Shown: positions 1-8,985, counted from the stretch's first letter. The stretch is 32,000 bases of DNA from Phycisphaera mikurensis NBRC 102666 (GCF_000284115.1 NC_017080.1:1860001-1892000); one strand, 5' to 3'. Translations and numbers: made by a program. The notes: generated by a model not told the origin, from the letters alone.

Positions 1-1
1 C

Positions 2-592
2 GTGACCGTGGCGGCTGTTTTCGCGGCCGTCCGGGAGGCGCGGCGGCGGGTGTCGATCCCGCTGGTGGCGATGCTGAGCTACTCGATCGTCTACCGGCTG
101 GGCCTGGACCGCTTCTGCGAGGAAGCCGCGGCTGCGGGCTTCGACGGGCTCATCATCCCGGACCTCGCCGTCGAAGAATCGGCGGAATCGGCGGCGGCCG
201 CGGCGCGGGCGGGGCTGACGCTGAGCCTCCTGGTGGCCCCGTCGACGCCGCCAAAGCGGGCGGCGCGGCTGGCAGAGGCGAGCACGGGCTTCGTGTACGT
301 CGTCAGCCGCGCGGGCATCACCGGGGCCGACAAGGACGTGCCGGAGGGGCTGGCGGAGCGGGTGGCGGGCTTGCGGGCCGCGACGGACCTCCCGCTGGCC
401 GTGGGCTTCGGCATCGCCTCGGCGGCGCAGGTCCGCCAGGTGGTGGGCGCAGCGGACGCGGCCATCGTCGGCTCGGCGCTGGTCCGCCGGCTCGCGGGCT
501 TCCGGGGCGACGGGCACGCCGCGGCGGCCGACGCGGCGCGGGCGTTCGTCGCCGAGCTCGCGGCGGGCCTGCCGGCTCCGGCGGCGGCATGA
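2..592 (+). CDS. trpA: tryptophan synthase alpha chain, C-terminal ~196 aa (5' end outside window)
   Basis: ORF enters from the window edge. Translation carries TrpA hallmarks: IPLVAMLSYSIVY, GFDGLIIPDLAVEE, STGFVYVVSRAGITG, LPLAVGFGI, AIVGSALV. G/C-ending codons. Confidence 0.9.
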   Translation: MTVAAVFAAVREARRRVSIPLVAMLSYSIVYRLGLDRFCEEAAAAGFDGLIIPDLAVEESAESAAAAARAGLTLSLLVAPSTPPKRAARLAEASTGFVYVVSRAGITGADKDVPEGLAERVAGLRAATDLPLAVGFGIASAAQVRQVVGAADAAIVGSALVRRLAGFRGDGHAAAADAARAFVAELAAGLPAPAAA

Positions 593-662
593 GCCCGGTT
601 CAGCGGCAGGGCCGCGGCGCCCGTTCGAGACGGCTCCCCGCCCGGGTCGATAGAACAGGCCG

Positions 663-3107
663 ATGCATGCAAGCCCCGCGCCCTTTCCGAGCCGCTCCGC
701 CCTTGCCCCGCTCCGCCCCGCCCGGGAGACGCGGGTCGTGGCGGCCACGCGCTCGCGGTTGAGCGCCCGACGCGGGGGCCGTCTGCGGGCGGGCTTGGCC
801 ACGCTGATCCCGCTCGCTCTCTTTGCGGGCGCGGCCCGGGCGGCGGAGGCCGGGGGCGACGAGATGCTCTCCGCGGCGTTCACGCGGGAGGCGCTGGCGC
901 TGCTCGCCGAAGGCGGCCCCGAGGCGGCGGCCCAAGGTTCCGAGGCCGCACCCCTCGAGGCCGCGGCGGTGCTGCTGGACCTCTCCGCGGGGCTGACGCC
1001 GGAAGCCTCGGAGATGCAGTGGCTGCGGGCGGACCTCGCCGAGCGTCGCGGCGACGTGGGCACCCTCCGAGACGCGCTGGGTGCCTACCTGCGGGAGCGG
1101 CCCGAGGACGACGCCGCGCTGCTGAAGGCGGCCCTGGTGCGGGTGACCGAGGCCCAGACGCTCGACGGCCGGCTCACGCGGATGAAGGAGATCCTCGCCT
1201 CCTCCGCGCGCGGCGGCGAGGCGACGGCCGCGATGCGGTCGCGTCTGTCGCTGCTGGCCAGCGAAGCGGCGGCGGAGCTCGGCAACGCGTCGGAGCGGAT
1301 CTCGCTGCTCGGCCAGGCCGCCGCGCTGGACCCGGCCAACGCCGCCGCCGCCGCCGGCGTTTTCGATCTGCTCGCGGCCCGCGACGCCGGAGCGAAGCGG
1401 CTGGGCGCCGCGGCGGCCAACTGGGTCTTCGCGGCGCCGGTGGACGCGGTGCCCCGCCTGGCGCTCGCGCGGGTGCTGGCCGGCGAGGGAGCGCACGCCG
1501 TGGCCGCCGATCAGTACGAGCGGGCCTCGGTCTTCAGCGGCGCGACGCTGCTGCCGCTCCCGGACCTGCGGCGCTACGCGACGGCTCTTCTGGCGACCGG
1601 GCGGGAGCGCGAGGCCCGCGAGATGCTCTCCGCCGCGGAAGCGCGTCTCGCCGCCGGCGAGCCCGGGACCGACGCGGGCGAGCGGCGGCTCATCGACCTG
1701 TTCCTGGTGGTCCTCGCCGAGCCGGGCGCCGAGGCGGCCGCCCTGGAACGGCTCCACGAGCGGGCCGGGGCGCTCGTCGACCGTGGCGGGCCGGAGGAGC
1801 GGGAGGAGGCCCGGTTGGACCGCGCCTGGATCGACGCCGTGCTCGCGGTGCGGCCGGTGGAGGAGGCCGAGGCGGCGCTGGAGCTCGCCGGCGGCCGCTA
1901 CGCCGACGCCGACCCGCGGCGGGAGGTCGCCGCGGGTTGGATCGCGCTGCGGCGCGGGGACCCGGCGGCGGCCCGAGCGGCTTTCTCCAGCGTCCCGGAG
2001 CACCCGCTCGCGCGGCTGGGCCTCGCCGAGCTCGCCGACCCGGGCGACCCCACCCGGGACGCGCTCCTCGACGAGCTCGCCGCCGCCGGGAGCGGCGACC
2101 CGGCCGGTCTGCTCGCCGTCCGGAAGCTCGAAGAGGAGAAGCGGGAGGTCCCGGTGACGCCGGTCGGGCAGGCGGTGCTGAACCTCATGGCGGAGCGACC
2201 GGCGTCTCTCTGGCGGATGGAGGTCACGCGGGAGCCGCTGATCGCGCTCCGCTGCGAAGTCCAGCCCCGCCGCATCCTGCCCTTCCGCCGGGCGGAGCTG
2301 GTCGTGACGCTGGAGAACCGATCCCGCCTGCCGGTCTCGCTCGGCGACGGCCAAACGCTGCGGCCGGTGGCCTTCGTCAGCACCGCGCTCTTCGAGGGCG
2401 AGACCCCGCTGGGCGCCCTCCCGACGCAGGTCGTCAACGTCGGCCGCCGGCTGAGCCTCGAACCCGGCGAGGCGCTCAGCGTCCCGACGCGGCTCGACCA
2501 CGGGCCGATCGGCCGCCGCCTCGCTCAGGAGCCCGACCGCGACTTCAGCTTCAGCATGTCCGTCACGCTCGACCCCCGGTTGACGCCCAGCGGAGCCGTG
2601 GCGATCGGGCCGCTCGGCGCCGTGGAGACCCTCCGCGGGGTCCAGGCCGCGGGGAGCCCGGTGAGCGAGGCCGCGATCCGCGGCTGGTTCGACGCGATGA
2701 GCGGCGACTCCACGCTCGAGGAGTATGCGGCGCTGGTCCGGCTGGCCATGCTCCAGGGCGGCACCGACGATCGGTCCATCAGCCCACGCCTGCTCGCCGA
2801 CACGACCTCGCTGCTCGGCGAGCGGGTGCCCAACCTCGCGACGACGCCGCTGGCGCTGTGCGGCCTCTACCTGCAGAGCGGGGCCCGCCGCGACCCGGCG
2901 ATCGAGCGGATCCTCGCGACGGCCCGATCCAGCCGCGACGACGCGGTGCGGGTCGCGACGCTGCTGGGGCAGGTCCGCGACCCCACCGATCCCGCCCTCG
3001 ACGCCGCCGTGCGCGCCGGCAGCCCCCGGCTCCGGCGGTTCGCGGAGGCCTGGACGCGGGTGCTGATGGATCGCGATCCGGTGGCGGCGGGCACCACGCC
3101 GCGGTGA
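663..3107 (+). CDS. hypothetical secreted/membrane-anchored Ala-rich helical-repeat (TPR-like) protein, 814 aa
   Basis: Very high third-position G/C in this frame, and a protein-like composition unlike the overlapping R/G/P-rich ORFs. N-terminal Arg-rich segment followed by a hydrophobic stretch, LATLIPLALFAGAARAAEA (signal or anchor). Long A/L/E/R helical repeats, then a beta-rich middle region. Alternative start GTG 738. Its stop overlaps the next gene's start (GTGA). Confidence 0.6.
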   Translation: MHASPAPFPSRSALAPLRPARETRVVAATRSRLSARRGGRLRAGLATLIPLALFAGAARAAEAGGDEMLSAAFTREALALLAEGGPEAAAQGSEAAPLEAAAVLLDLSAGLTPEASEMQWLRADLAERRGDVGTLRDALGAYLRERPEDDAALLKAALVRVTEAQTLDGRLTRMKEILASSARGGEATAAMRSRLSLLASEAAAELGNASERISLLGQAAALDPANAAAAAGVFDLLAARDAGAKRLGAAAANWVFAAPVDAVPRLALARVLAGEGAHAVAADQYERASVFSGATLLPLPDLRRYATALLATGREREAREMLSAAEARLAAGEPGTDAGERRLIDLFLVVLAEPGAEAAALERLHERAGALVDRGGPEEREEARLDRAWIDAVLAVRPVEEAEAALELAGGRYADADPRREVAAGWIALRRGDPAAARAAFSSVPEHPLARLGLAELADPGDPTRDALLDELAAAGSGDPAGLLAVRKLEEEKREVPVTPVGQAVLNLMAERPASLWRMEVTREPLIALRCEVQPRRILPFRRAELVVTLENRSRLPVSLGDGQTLRPVAFVSTALFEGETPLGALPTQVVNVGRRLSLEPGEALSVPTRLDHGPIGRRLAQEPDRDFSFSMSVTLDPRLTPSGAVAIGPLGAVETLRGVQAAGSPVSEAAIRGWFDAMSGDSTLEEYAALVRLAMLQGGTDDRSISPRLLADTTSLLGERVPNLATTPLALCGLYLQSGARRDPAIERILATARSSRDDAVRVATLLGQVRDPTDPALDAAVRAGSPRLRRFAEAWTRVLMDRDPVAAGTTPR

Positions 3108-4507
3108 GCCGCGAGCCCGCCCCCCAATCCGGAGCCGGCGGCGCTCCATCGCGCAGCGCCTCGTCGGGGACCGCCGATCCGGAGGCGACGCGGCCGTCGC
3201 TGCGGGCGCTGCCGGTGGCGGCGCCGGCGGTGCTCGCCGCGGTCTCCAAGCGGCGGCTGAACGGGCAGCCCGCGGCCCCGCTGCGGCCGCTGCCGGCGGA
3301 CCCCGCCGCCAAGGTGCCGCAGGCCGATGCCCGCGTGAGCATCGGCGGCCTGCCCGACCCCGACGCGGCCTTCCGGCAGCTGCGGTGGGGCGGCCGGCTG
3401 GTGGCGCTCACGCGCAGCGAGACGGCCGCCCGGCACGCCGGCGACCACCTCGGCCGCTACCGCGGCCTGAGCGTGGAGGCCGGTCCGTATCGGTTGCGCA
3501 CGCCCCGCCGCGGCTTCGGCTGGCTGCCCGGCGCCGCCTGCGTGCCGGGCATCTCGCGTGGATGGCACGGCGTGACGGCGCGGCGGACCGGCCTGGTCGC
3601 CGCCGACGAGGTCGCTCAGCGCTTCACCTTCGACGTCCGGCTCGAGCGGGTGCCCTCGGTCAGCGACGAGCACGTCGTGGCGAAGACGGTGCCGACCTAC
3701 CGCCAGACGGTCCAGCGGCTGCGGGAACGGTTCCCCGACGCAAAGGAGAGCGTGCTGATGGACCGGGCCGGCAAGCTCGTGAAGCGGGTGTTCCCGGTCT
3801 TTCTGACGCGTGAAGCGGCTTTTCTGCAGCTGCTCCAGCGCGACATGCCCGAGGGCTACCGGCACCGCGTGCCGCGTGCCCTGGCGATCGAGCGGTCCCC
3901 CGACGGCACCGTCCAGAAGCTGTTCATGAGCTGGTTGCGGCTCGGCGGAGACCCGCTGTCGCACCTGGACTTCGCGGAGCAGTCCGCCGACCTCCTCCGC
4001 GTCCTGCACGACTTCGGCGGGGTCATCCACCTCGACCTGCGGCTGGACAACATGGTGATCCACGACGGGGAGGTCTGCTTCGTGGACTTCGGATCCGCGG
4101 TGAGGGTGGGCGAGGACCTGGATCGGAGCCCGATGCTCAAGGGCCTCTTCCACGAGATGATGCAGACCTCGCAGATCCAGCGGACGCTGGGCAAGATGAA
4201 GGACCAGGGCCACCTCACCAGCGGCACGCTGCTCGCCGCCGAGGGCCGCGTGGACAAGGCGGTGGACCTCTTCTACCTCGCGCTGCAGATCAGCCGGCCC
4301 TACTGGAATCCCGATCTCGTCGCCTTCATCGACTACGACGAGACCAGCGAAGAGACCCGCCGCCTCAAACGCTTGACCGACGCCATCCTGCGTCCGCCCA
4401 ACGTCGCCAATCCCGACTTCAACTCCGCGGCCGACGTGCTCGCCGGCGTCGCGCGCATCCGCGAACGCATGGGCACCAACCCGGCATTCGACCGCGGCCG
4501 CGGCTGA
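3104..4507 (+). CDS. atypical protein-kinase-like fold protein (Kdo/WaaP- or RIO-like), ~467 aa
   Basis: This is the C-terminal part of track ORF 1019..4507. Only the part after GTG 3104 looks coding. That GTG overlaps the upstream stop as GTGA. Kinase catalytic motifs occur in order: VVAKT (beta3 Lys), REAAFLQLL (alphaC Glu), IHLDLRLDNMVI (catalytic loop D..N), VDFGSA (DFG). No clear Gly-rich loop. Start uncertain. Confidence 0.7.
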   Translation: MSREPAPQSGAGGAPSRSASSGTADPEATRPSLRALPVAAPAVLAAVSKRRLNGQPAAPLRPLPADPAAKVPQADARVSIGGLPDPDAAFRQLRWGGRLVALTRSETAARHAGDHLGRYRGLSVEAGPYRLRTPRRGFGWLPGAACVPGISRGWHGVTARRTGLVAADEVAQRFTFDVRLERVPSVSDEHVVAKTVPTYRQTVQRLRERFPDAKESVLMDRAGKLVKRVFPVFLTREAAFLQLLQRDMPEGYRHRVPRALAIERSPDGTVQKLFMSWLRLGGDPLSHLDFAEQSADLLRVLHDFGGVIHLDLRLDNMVIHDGEVCFVDFGSAVRVGEDLDRSPMLKGLFHEMMQTSQIQRTLGKMKDQGHLTSGTLLAAEGRVDKAVDLFYLALQISRPYWNPDLVAFIDYDETSEETRRLKRLTDAILRPPNVANPDFNSAADVLAGVARIRERMGTNPAFDRGRG

Positions 4508-4746
4508 ACCGGGCATCGATCCGAGCCGACGCACGATCCGCTCCATCTTGCTGGAGTTCCTCCCGTCGGGCCGCGCGAGCGGGCACCGGGGCGGCGGAGC
4601 CTCGCCGCGGGCGCCTCGCGGATGCCCCGCGGACCGGCTCGCGCCTCCCATGCGGGCGTTTTCGGTGCCCGGCGCGCCTCAAGCGGCGAACCCGCACCCG
4701 CCGGAGCGACCCCCGGATTCTCGGGCCCGACCTACGCTGCGACGCC

Positions 4747-5577
4747 ATGCCGAGCATCCTCGACGACATCGTGCAGACCAAGCGGGCGGAGGTGGACCAA
4801 CGTTCCGCGTCGGTGTCGCTGGAGGAGATGAAAGCGCGGGCGCTGGACACGCCCCGGCCGCGGAACTTCTTCAAGGCGCTCACGCAGCCGGCCCGCCGGC
4901 TGAAGGTCATCGCCGAGGTCAAGCGGGCGTCCCCGTCCGCGGGTGTGCTCCGCGACGACTTCGACGCGGTCCAGATCGCCGAGGCGTACCACGCCAACGG
5001 GGCGGCCGCGATCTCCTGCCTCACCGACGAACGCTACTTCCAGGGGCGGCTGGAGGACCTCCAGCGGATCAAGGACGCCGTGCCGATCCCCGTGCTGCGG
5101 AAGGACTTCCTGATCGACCCGTGGCAGCTGTACGAGAGCCGGGCCGCCGGCGCCGACGCGGTGCTGCTGATCGCCGAGTGCCTCCGCGAGCCGGAGATGA
5201 TCGATCTGCTGATCCTCGCGACCGAGCTGCAGATGACCACGCTCGTCGAGGTCCACGACCTCGAGTCGCTCATCCAAGTCAAGCCGCACCTGGGCTTCCC
5301 GCTGCCGGGCTACCAGCTCCTGGGGATCAACAACCGCGACCTGCGGGAGATGACCACGGACGTCGCCCACACGATCGACCTGCTCGGCGAGGTGCCCGAC
5401 AAGGGCATCCTGGTGAGCGAGTCGGGCATCCGCGAGCACGCCGATGTCGCCGAGCTGCTCAAGAACGGCGTCTACCGCGTGCTCGTTGGGGAGAGCCTCA
5501 TGAAGCAGGAGGATCCGGGCGCCGCCCTCCGCGAGCTGATCCACGGCGACGACGGCGGCGAGAGCTTCAACGGCTGA
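4747..5577 (+). CDS. trpC: indole-3-glycerol phosphate synthase
   Basis: 276-aa ORF. Motifs: ILDDIV..K..EV, KVIAEVKRASPSAG, ISCLTDERYFQG, IPVLRKDF, LIAECL, EVH, LLGINNRDL, SESGI. Confidence 0.95.
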   Translation: MPSILDDIVQTKRAEVDQRSASVSLEEMKARALDTPRPRNFFKALTQPARRLKVIAEVKRASPSAGVLRDDFDAVQIAEAYHANGAAAISCLTDERYFQGRLEDLQRIKDAVPIPVLRKDFLIDPWQLYESRAAGADAVLLIAECLREPEMIDLLILATELQMTTLVEVHDLESLIQVKPHLGFPLPGYQLLGINNRDLREMTTDVAHTIDLLGEVPDKGILVSESGIREHADVAELLKNGVYRVLVGESLMKQEDPGAALRELIHGDDGGESFNG

Positions 5578-5795
5578 GTTCGGCGGCGGCTCCGGGCGCA
5601 GAAGCACGACGCGGGGAGGAGCGGCGGGCGTGCTGGCCGGGACGGTGAAGGCCGCCCCGCCCCGCACCGCATCCCTGTTCCCGCAGGGCCGGTCGGCAAC
5701 CCGCCGTGCCGGCCGGAGGCCGTCCGCGTCAATTGCCCGGCGGGCCGCCGTCCGCGTCGTGCCTCCCGGGCACGAGCTCGGATCGGCGTGGCGTT

Positions 5796-6920
5796 TCAGG
5801 TCGCGCTCTCGTCGAGCTCCTGGCGGCCGACCTTGCGGCCGGTGCGGTGCACCTTCTCGGTCAGCGCCTCGGGGTTGCGGGCGCGGTCGATCATGTCCTC
5901 CGCGTGGATCTTGCCGGCGTCGTACAGCTCCCACAGGTAGTCGTCGAGCAGCTTCATGCCGAACTTCTTGCCGGTCTGGATGGCCGAGTCGATCTTGTAG
6001 CTCTGGGCTTCGCGGATGAGGTTGGCGATGGCCGGCGTCACGACCATGAACTCGTAGGCGGCGCACATGCCCTTGACGTCGGCCCGCTTGAGCAACTGCT
6101 GGCAGAGAACCGCGATCAACGCGGTGGACAGCTGCGCCCGCACCTGCTGCTGCTGGTTCGTGGGGAAGGCGTCGATCAGCCGGTTGATCGTGCCCGAGGC
6201 GGAGTTGGTGTGCAGCGTGCCGAACACGAGGTGGCCCGTCTCGGCCGCGGTGATGGCGTTCTCGATCGTCTCCAGGTCGCGCATCTCGCCGACGAGGATG
6301 ATGTCGGGGTCCTGCCGCAGGGCCCGGCGCAGCGACTCGGAGAAGCTGGGCGCGTCGACGTGGATCTCCCGCTGGTTGACGATCGACTTCTTGTGCTCGT
6401 GCGTGTACTCGATGGGGTCCTCGACCGTGATGATGTGCCGGTCGAGGTTGGTGTTGATGTAGTCGATCATCGAGGCGAGCGTCGTGGTCTTGCCCGAGCC
6501 GGTCGGCCCCGTGACCAGGAAGAGGCCGCGGGGCCGCCGGATCAGGTCCTTGACGATCGCCGGCAGGCCGATCTTGTCGATGTCCAGCAGCATCGTGGGG
6601 ATCCGCCGCAGGACGAGCGCGACGCAGCCGCGCTGCTTGAAGATGGCCACGCGGAAGCGGGCCGACTTCTTCGGGTCGCCGTCGCCGTAGGCGAAACCGA
6701 AGTCGCCCGAGCCGGTCTCCTGCAGCTCGTTCTGGGCCCGCTCCGGCGAGATCGCCTTCATGAGGGCCATCGTGTCGTCCGGCTCGAGTGCCTTGGTCTT
6801 GAGCTCGATCAGCTTCCCGCTCATCCGCACCGTCGGCGGCTTGCCCACGGTGAGGTGGAGGTCGGAGGCTTCCTGGGAGATGACCGTGTCGAGCAGGCGG
6901 TCGATTCGCATCGTCGACAT
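5796..6920 (-). CDS. pilT: type IV pilus retraction (twitching motility) ATPase
   Basis: 374 aa. N-terminus ...ASDLHLTVG, Walker A GPTGSGKTTT, DPDIILVGEMRD, GHLVFGTLHTNSA. I translated the gene by hand and the codons are almost all G/C-ending. AAGGAA lies upstream of the ATG. Confidence 0.95.
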   Translation of the reverse strand: MSTMRIDRLLDTVISQEASDLHLTVGKPPTVRMSGKLIELKTKALEPDDTMALMKAISPERAQNELQETGSGDFGFAYGDGDPKKSARFRVAIFKQRGCVALVLRRIPTMLLDIDKIGLPAIVKDLIRRPRGLFLVTGPTGSGKTTTLASMIDYINTNLDRHIITVEDPIEYTHEHKKSIVNQREIHVDAPSFSESLRRALRQDPDIILVGEMRDLETIENAITAAETGHLVFGTLHTNSASGTINRLIDAFPTNQQQQVRAQLSTALIAVLCQQLLKRADVKGMCAAYEFMVVTPAIANLIREAQSYKIDSAIQTGKKFGMKLLDDYLWELYDAGKIHAEDMIDRARNPEALTEKVHRTGRKVGRQELDESAT

Positions 6921-6971
6921 GTTGGAGTTCCTTGGGGTTTAGGCGTGTGAGCTGGGCTGGAGGGTTGGGAG

Positions 6972-7135
6972 CAAGTGAAGAAGCGAAGAAGCGAAGAAGC
7001 GGAGAAGCGGAGAAGCGAAGAAGCGGAGAAGTCAGCAGGGTGGATGCGGGCGAGAGTCGGGCGGCGCAGCCGCCGCGTGTCGGCCTTCTTCGCTTCCGAA
7101 CTTCTTCGCTTCTCCGCTTGGTTGGCGGAGCCAAC
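6972..7135. repeat. composite palindromic intergenic element, copy 1 (octamer-array arms + small hairpin)
   Basis: Left arm is CAAGTG + 7 tandem RAGAAGCG octamers (6978-7031). Right arm is the complementary array CTTCTTCGCTTCCGAACTTCTTCGCTTCTCCGCTTGG (7085-7121). The 53-nt spacer has an inner hairpin GGCGGC-GCA-GCCGCC (7060-7074). A terminal hairpin GTTGG-CGGAG-CCAAC (7121-7135) lies 3 nt from the pilB stop. Confidence 0.85.
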
Positions 7136-7138
7136 GCG

Positions 7139-8935
7139 TCAAGCCACCAACTCCTCTTCCACTTCCTCCACCACGCCCTCGATCTGGGTCAGGCGGGCGA
7201 TCTCCTCGATCGTGGTCTTGCCCTCGAGGATCTTGAGGCGGCCGTCGCCGAGCAGGTTCCGCATGCCGGAGGCCTCGGCGACGCGACGGATCTTGGAGAC
7301 CTGGGCTCGGTTGAAGGCGAGCTCGCGGATCTCCGAGTTCATCATCATGATCTCGTAGATGCCCTGCCGGCCGCGGTAGCCCTTCTGCGAGCATCGCTTG
7401 CAGCCGACGGCTTTGTAGATCGTGCGGCCTTCCAGGTCCGCCGGGCTCAGCCCGACCATCGCCATCTCGCGGCGGCTGGGGTTGGGATCGGGCTCCTTGC
7501 AGTGCTCGCACAGCAGGCGGATGAGCCGCTGGGCGAGCACGGCCTGGATCGACGATGCCACGAGGAAGGGCTTGAGGCCCATGTCGATGAGGCGGGTGAT
7601 CGCCGAGGGCGCGTCGTTGGTGTGCAGCGTGCTGAAGACCATGTGGCCGGTCAGCGCAGCCTGGATGGCCACCTCGCCGACCTCCTTGTCGCGGATCTCA
7701 CCCACGAGGATGATGTTGGGCGCCTGCCGCAGCATCGCCTTGAGGATCCTCTGGAAGGTCAACGGCGGCTTCATCTGCGTGTTGACCTGGCACTGGTTGA
7801 TGCCCTTGAAGTTGTATTCGATCGGGTCCTCGGCGGTGATGATCTTCCGGTCGGGCCGGTTGAGCTGCTGGAGGGCCGAGTACAGCGTCGTCGTCTTGCC
7901 CGAGCCCGTGGGCCCGGTGACCAGGAAGATGCCGTTGGGCTTGGTGATGATCGTGTTGAAGGCCTCGAGCGTGTCGGGCTGCATGCCCAGCTTCTCGAGC
8001 CCGATGTTCGCGGCGTCGGGCCGCAGGATCCGCAGCACGATCGATTCCCCGTGGTAGGCGGGACAGAACGACACGCGGAAGTCGATCGTGTCCTCGCCGA
8101 TCCGCATCTTGATGCGGCCGTCCTGCGGGATCCGCTTCTCCTCGACGCGCACGCCGGCCATGATCTTGAGGCGTGCGAGCACCGCCCCCTGGATCCGCTT
8201 GGGGATGCGGTCGCGCTCCTGGCACACGCCGTCGACGCGGTAGCGCAGGCGAACGCGGTCTTCGAAGGGCTCGATGTGGATGTCCGAGACCCGCTGCTGG
8301 ACGGCCTGGGCGATGATCTGGTTGACCAGCCGGATCACGGGCGCGGCCGAGGGGTCGTCGGCGTTCTCGGCCTTGCCGGCGCCGATGTCGATGGAGCTGC
8401 CGCGGTCCATCGACGCGTCGATGGTCTTGTCCATGGTGAGGTCCATGGACGTGTCGACCGAGAGGTCTTGCGTCAGCTTGTCGATCGAGGCCTTGGTGTC
8501 GCTGAAGGCGTTGTCGATGTACTCCTTGATCTTCCCCTTCGCGCCCAGCGCGAGCTCGATCTTCCCGCCGAGGCGGAACTGCAGGTCGTCGATGAGGTTG
8601 ATGTCCATCGGGTCGTGGACGAGCACCTTCAGCGTGCTGCCCTCCTTGCCCAGCGGCAGCACCAGATAGCGCTTGACGATGTCCTGCGGGATCAGCGGGA
8701 AGTCTTCCCGGTCGATCACGTTGGGCTCGTCGAGGTCGACAAACTCGAGCCCGTACTGGGTCGCGAGCGCCTTGGCGACGTCGTTCTCGGTGACGTATCC
8801 GAGGCTGACGAGCACCTCGCCGATGCGCTTCTTCCCCGACGCCTTGGCGATCTTGAGCGCCTCTTCCACGCGGCCCTCGGTGACGAGGTCCCACTGCTTG
8901 AGGATCTGACCGAGGGGTTGGCGTTTGCGAGACAT
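7139..8935 (-). CDS. pilB: type IV pilus assembly / type II secretion ATPase (PilB/GspE family)
   Basis: N-terminal GSPII/MshEN-like domain (LVSLGYVTENDVAKALATQYGLEFVDL). Walker A GPTGSGKTTT, APNIILVGEIRD, GHMVFSTLHTNDA. C-terminal CEHC...CKRC tetracysteine. The track ORF starts at TTG 8953. ATG 8935 (MSRKRQPLGQIL) is the more likely start. Confidence 0.95.
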   Translation of the reverse strand: MSRKRQPLGQILKQWDLVTEGRVEEALKIAKASGKKRIGEVLVSLGYVTENDVAKALATQYGLEFVDLDEPNVIDREDFPLIPQDIVKRYLVLPLGKEGSTLKVLVHDPMDINLIDDLQFRLGGKIELALGAKGKIKEYIDNAFSDTKASIDKLTQDLSVDTSMDLTMDKTIDASMDRGSSIDIGAGKAENADDPSAAPVIRLVNQIIAQAVQQRVSDIHIEPFEDRVRLRYRVDGVCQERDRIPKRIQGAVLARLKIMAGVRVEEKRIPQDGRIKMRIGEDTIDFRVSFCPAYHGESIVLRILRPDAANIGLEKLGMQPDTLEAFNTIITKPNGIFLVTGPTGSGKTTTLYSALQQLNRPDRKIITAEDPIEYNFKGINQCQVNTQMKPPLTFQRILKAMLRQAPNIILVGEIRDKEVGEVAIQAALTGHMVFSTLHTNDAPSAITRLIDMGLKPFLVASSIQAVLAQRLIRLLCEHCKEPDPNPSRREMAMVGLSPADLEGRTIYKAVGCKRCSQKGYRGRQGIYEIMMMNSEIRELAFNRAQVSKIRRVAEASGMRNLLGDGRLKILEGKTTIEEIARLTQIEGVVEEVEEELVA

Positions 8936-8985
8936 GCCACGGATCCTACGCAAGCGGCGACCCGCCGCCGGTACGCTCGGCGGCG

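Noticed and set aside
600-3149. 849-aa minus-strand ORF, and the 1019..3103 part of the 1162-aa plus-strand ORF, both overlapping the 663..3107 gene
   Set aside because: Their translations are extreme Arg/Gly/Pro/Ala strings, typical of out-of-frame reading of high-GC DNA. The 663..3107 frame has the G/C-ending codon pattern and a protein-like composition.
3104-3620. Methyltransferase-like motif (VSIGGLPDPDAAFRQLRWGGRLVAL) in the N-terminal region of the kinase-like protein
   Set aside because: It resembles only the motif II/III region of class I SAM methyltransferases. No GxGxG SAM-binding motif I is present upstream, so the evidence is too weak to call a domain.
4508-4746. A trp attenuator or leader peptide upstream of trpC
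   Set aside because: There is no short ORF with tandem Trp codons, and I could find no alternative terminator/antiterminator hairpins followed by a U-tract.
6972-7135. The tandem-repeat regions here, at 18031-18093 and at 29346-29503, as CRISPR arrays
   Set aside because: The repeats are 8-9 bp, directly abutting, with no unique spacers of 25-40 bp. No cas genes are in the window.
6975-7358. Small ORF MKKRRSEEAEKRRSEEAEKS..., and the EEAKKRRSGEAEKRR reading of the octamer array, as a real charged-repeat peptide
   Set aside because: The periodic peptide is a by-product of translating an 8-bp tandem repeat, and the frame drifts between units. The ORF continues antisense into pilB, and the same arms occur in inverted orientation, which fits a nucleic-acid-level element.
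5796-8935. Visibly lower GC of pilT/pilB compared with neighbouring genes, as a possible sign of horizontal acquisition
   Set aside because: I translated pilT codon by codon and third positions are almost all G/C, as in the neighbours. The lower GC comes from the K/I/N/D/E/T-rich composition of a conserved ATPase, not from foreign codon usage.
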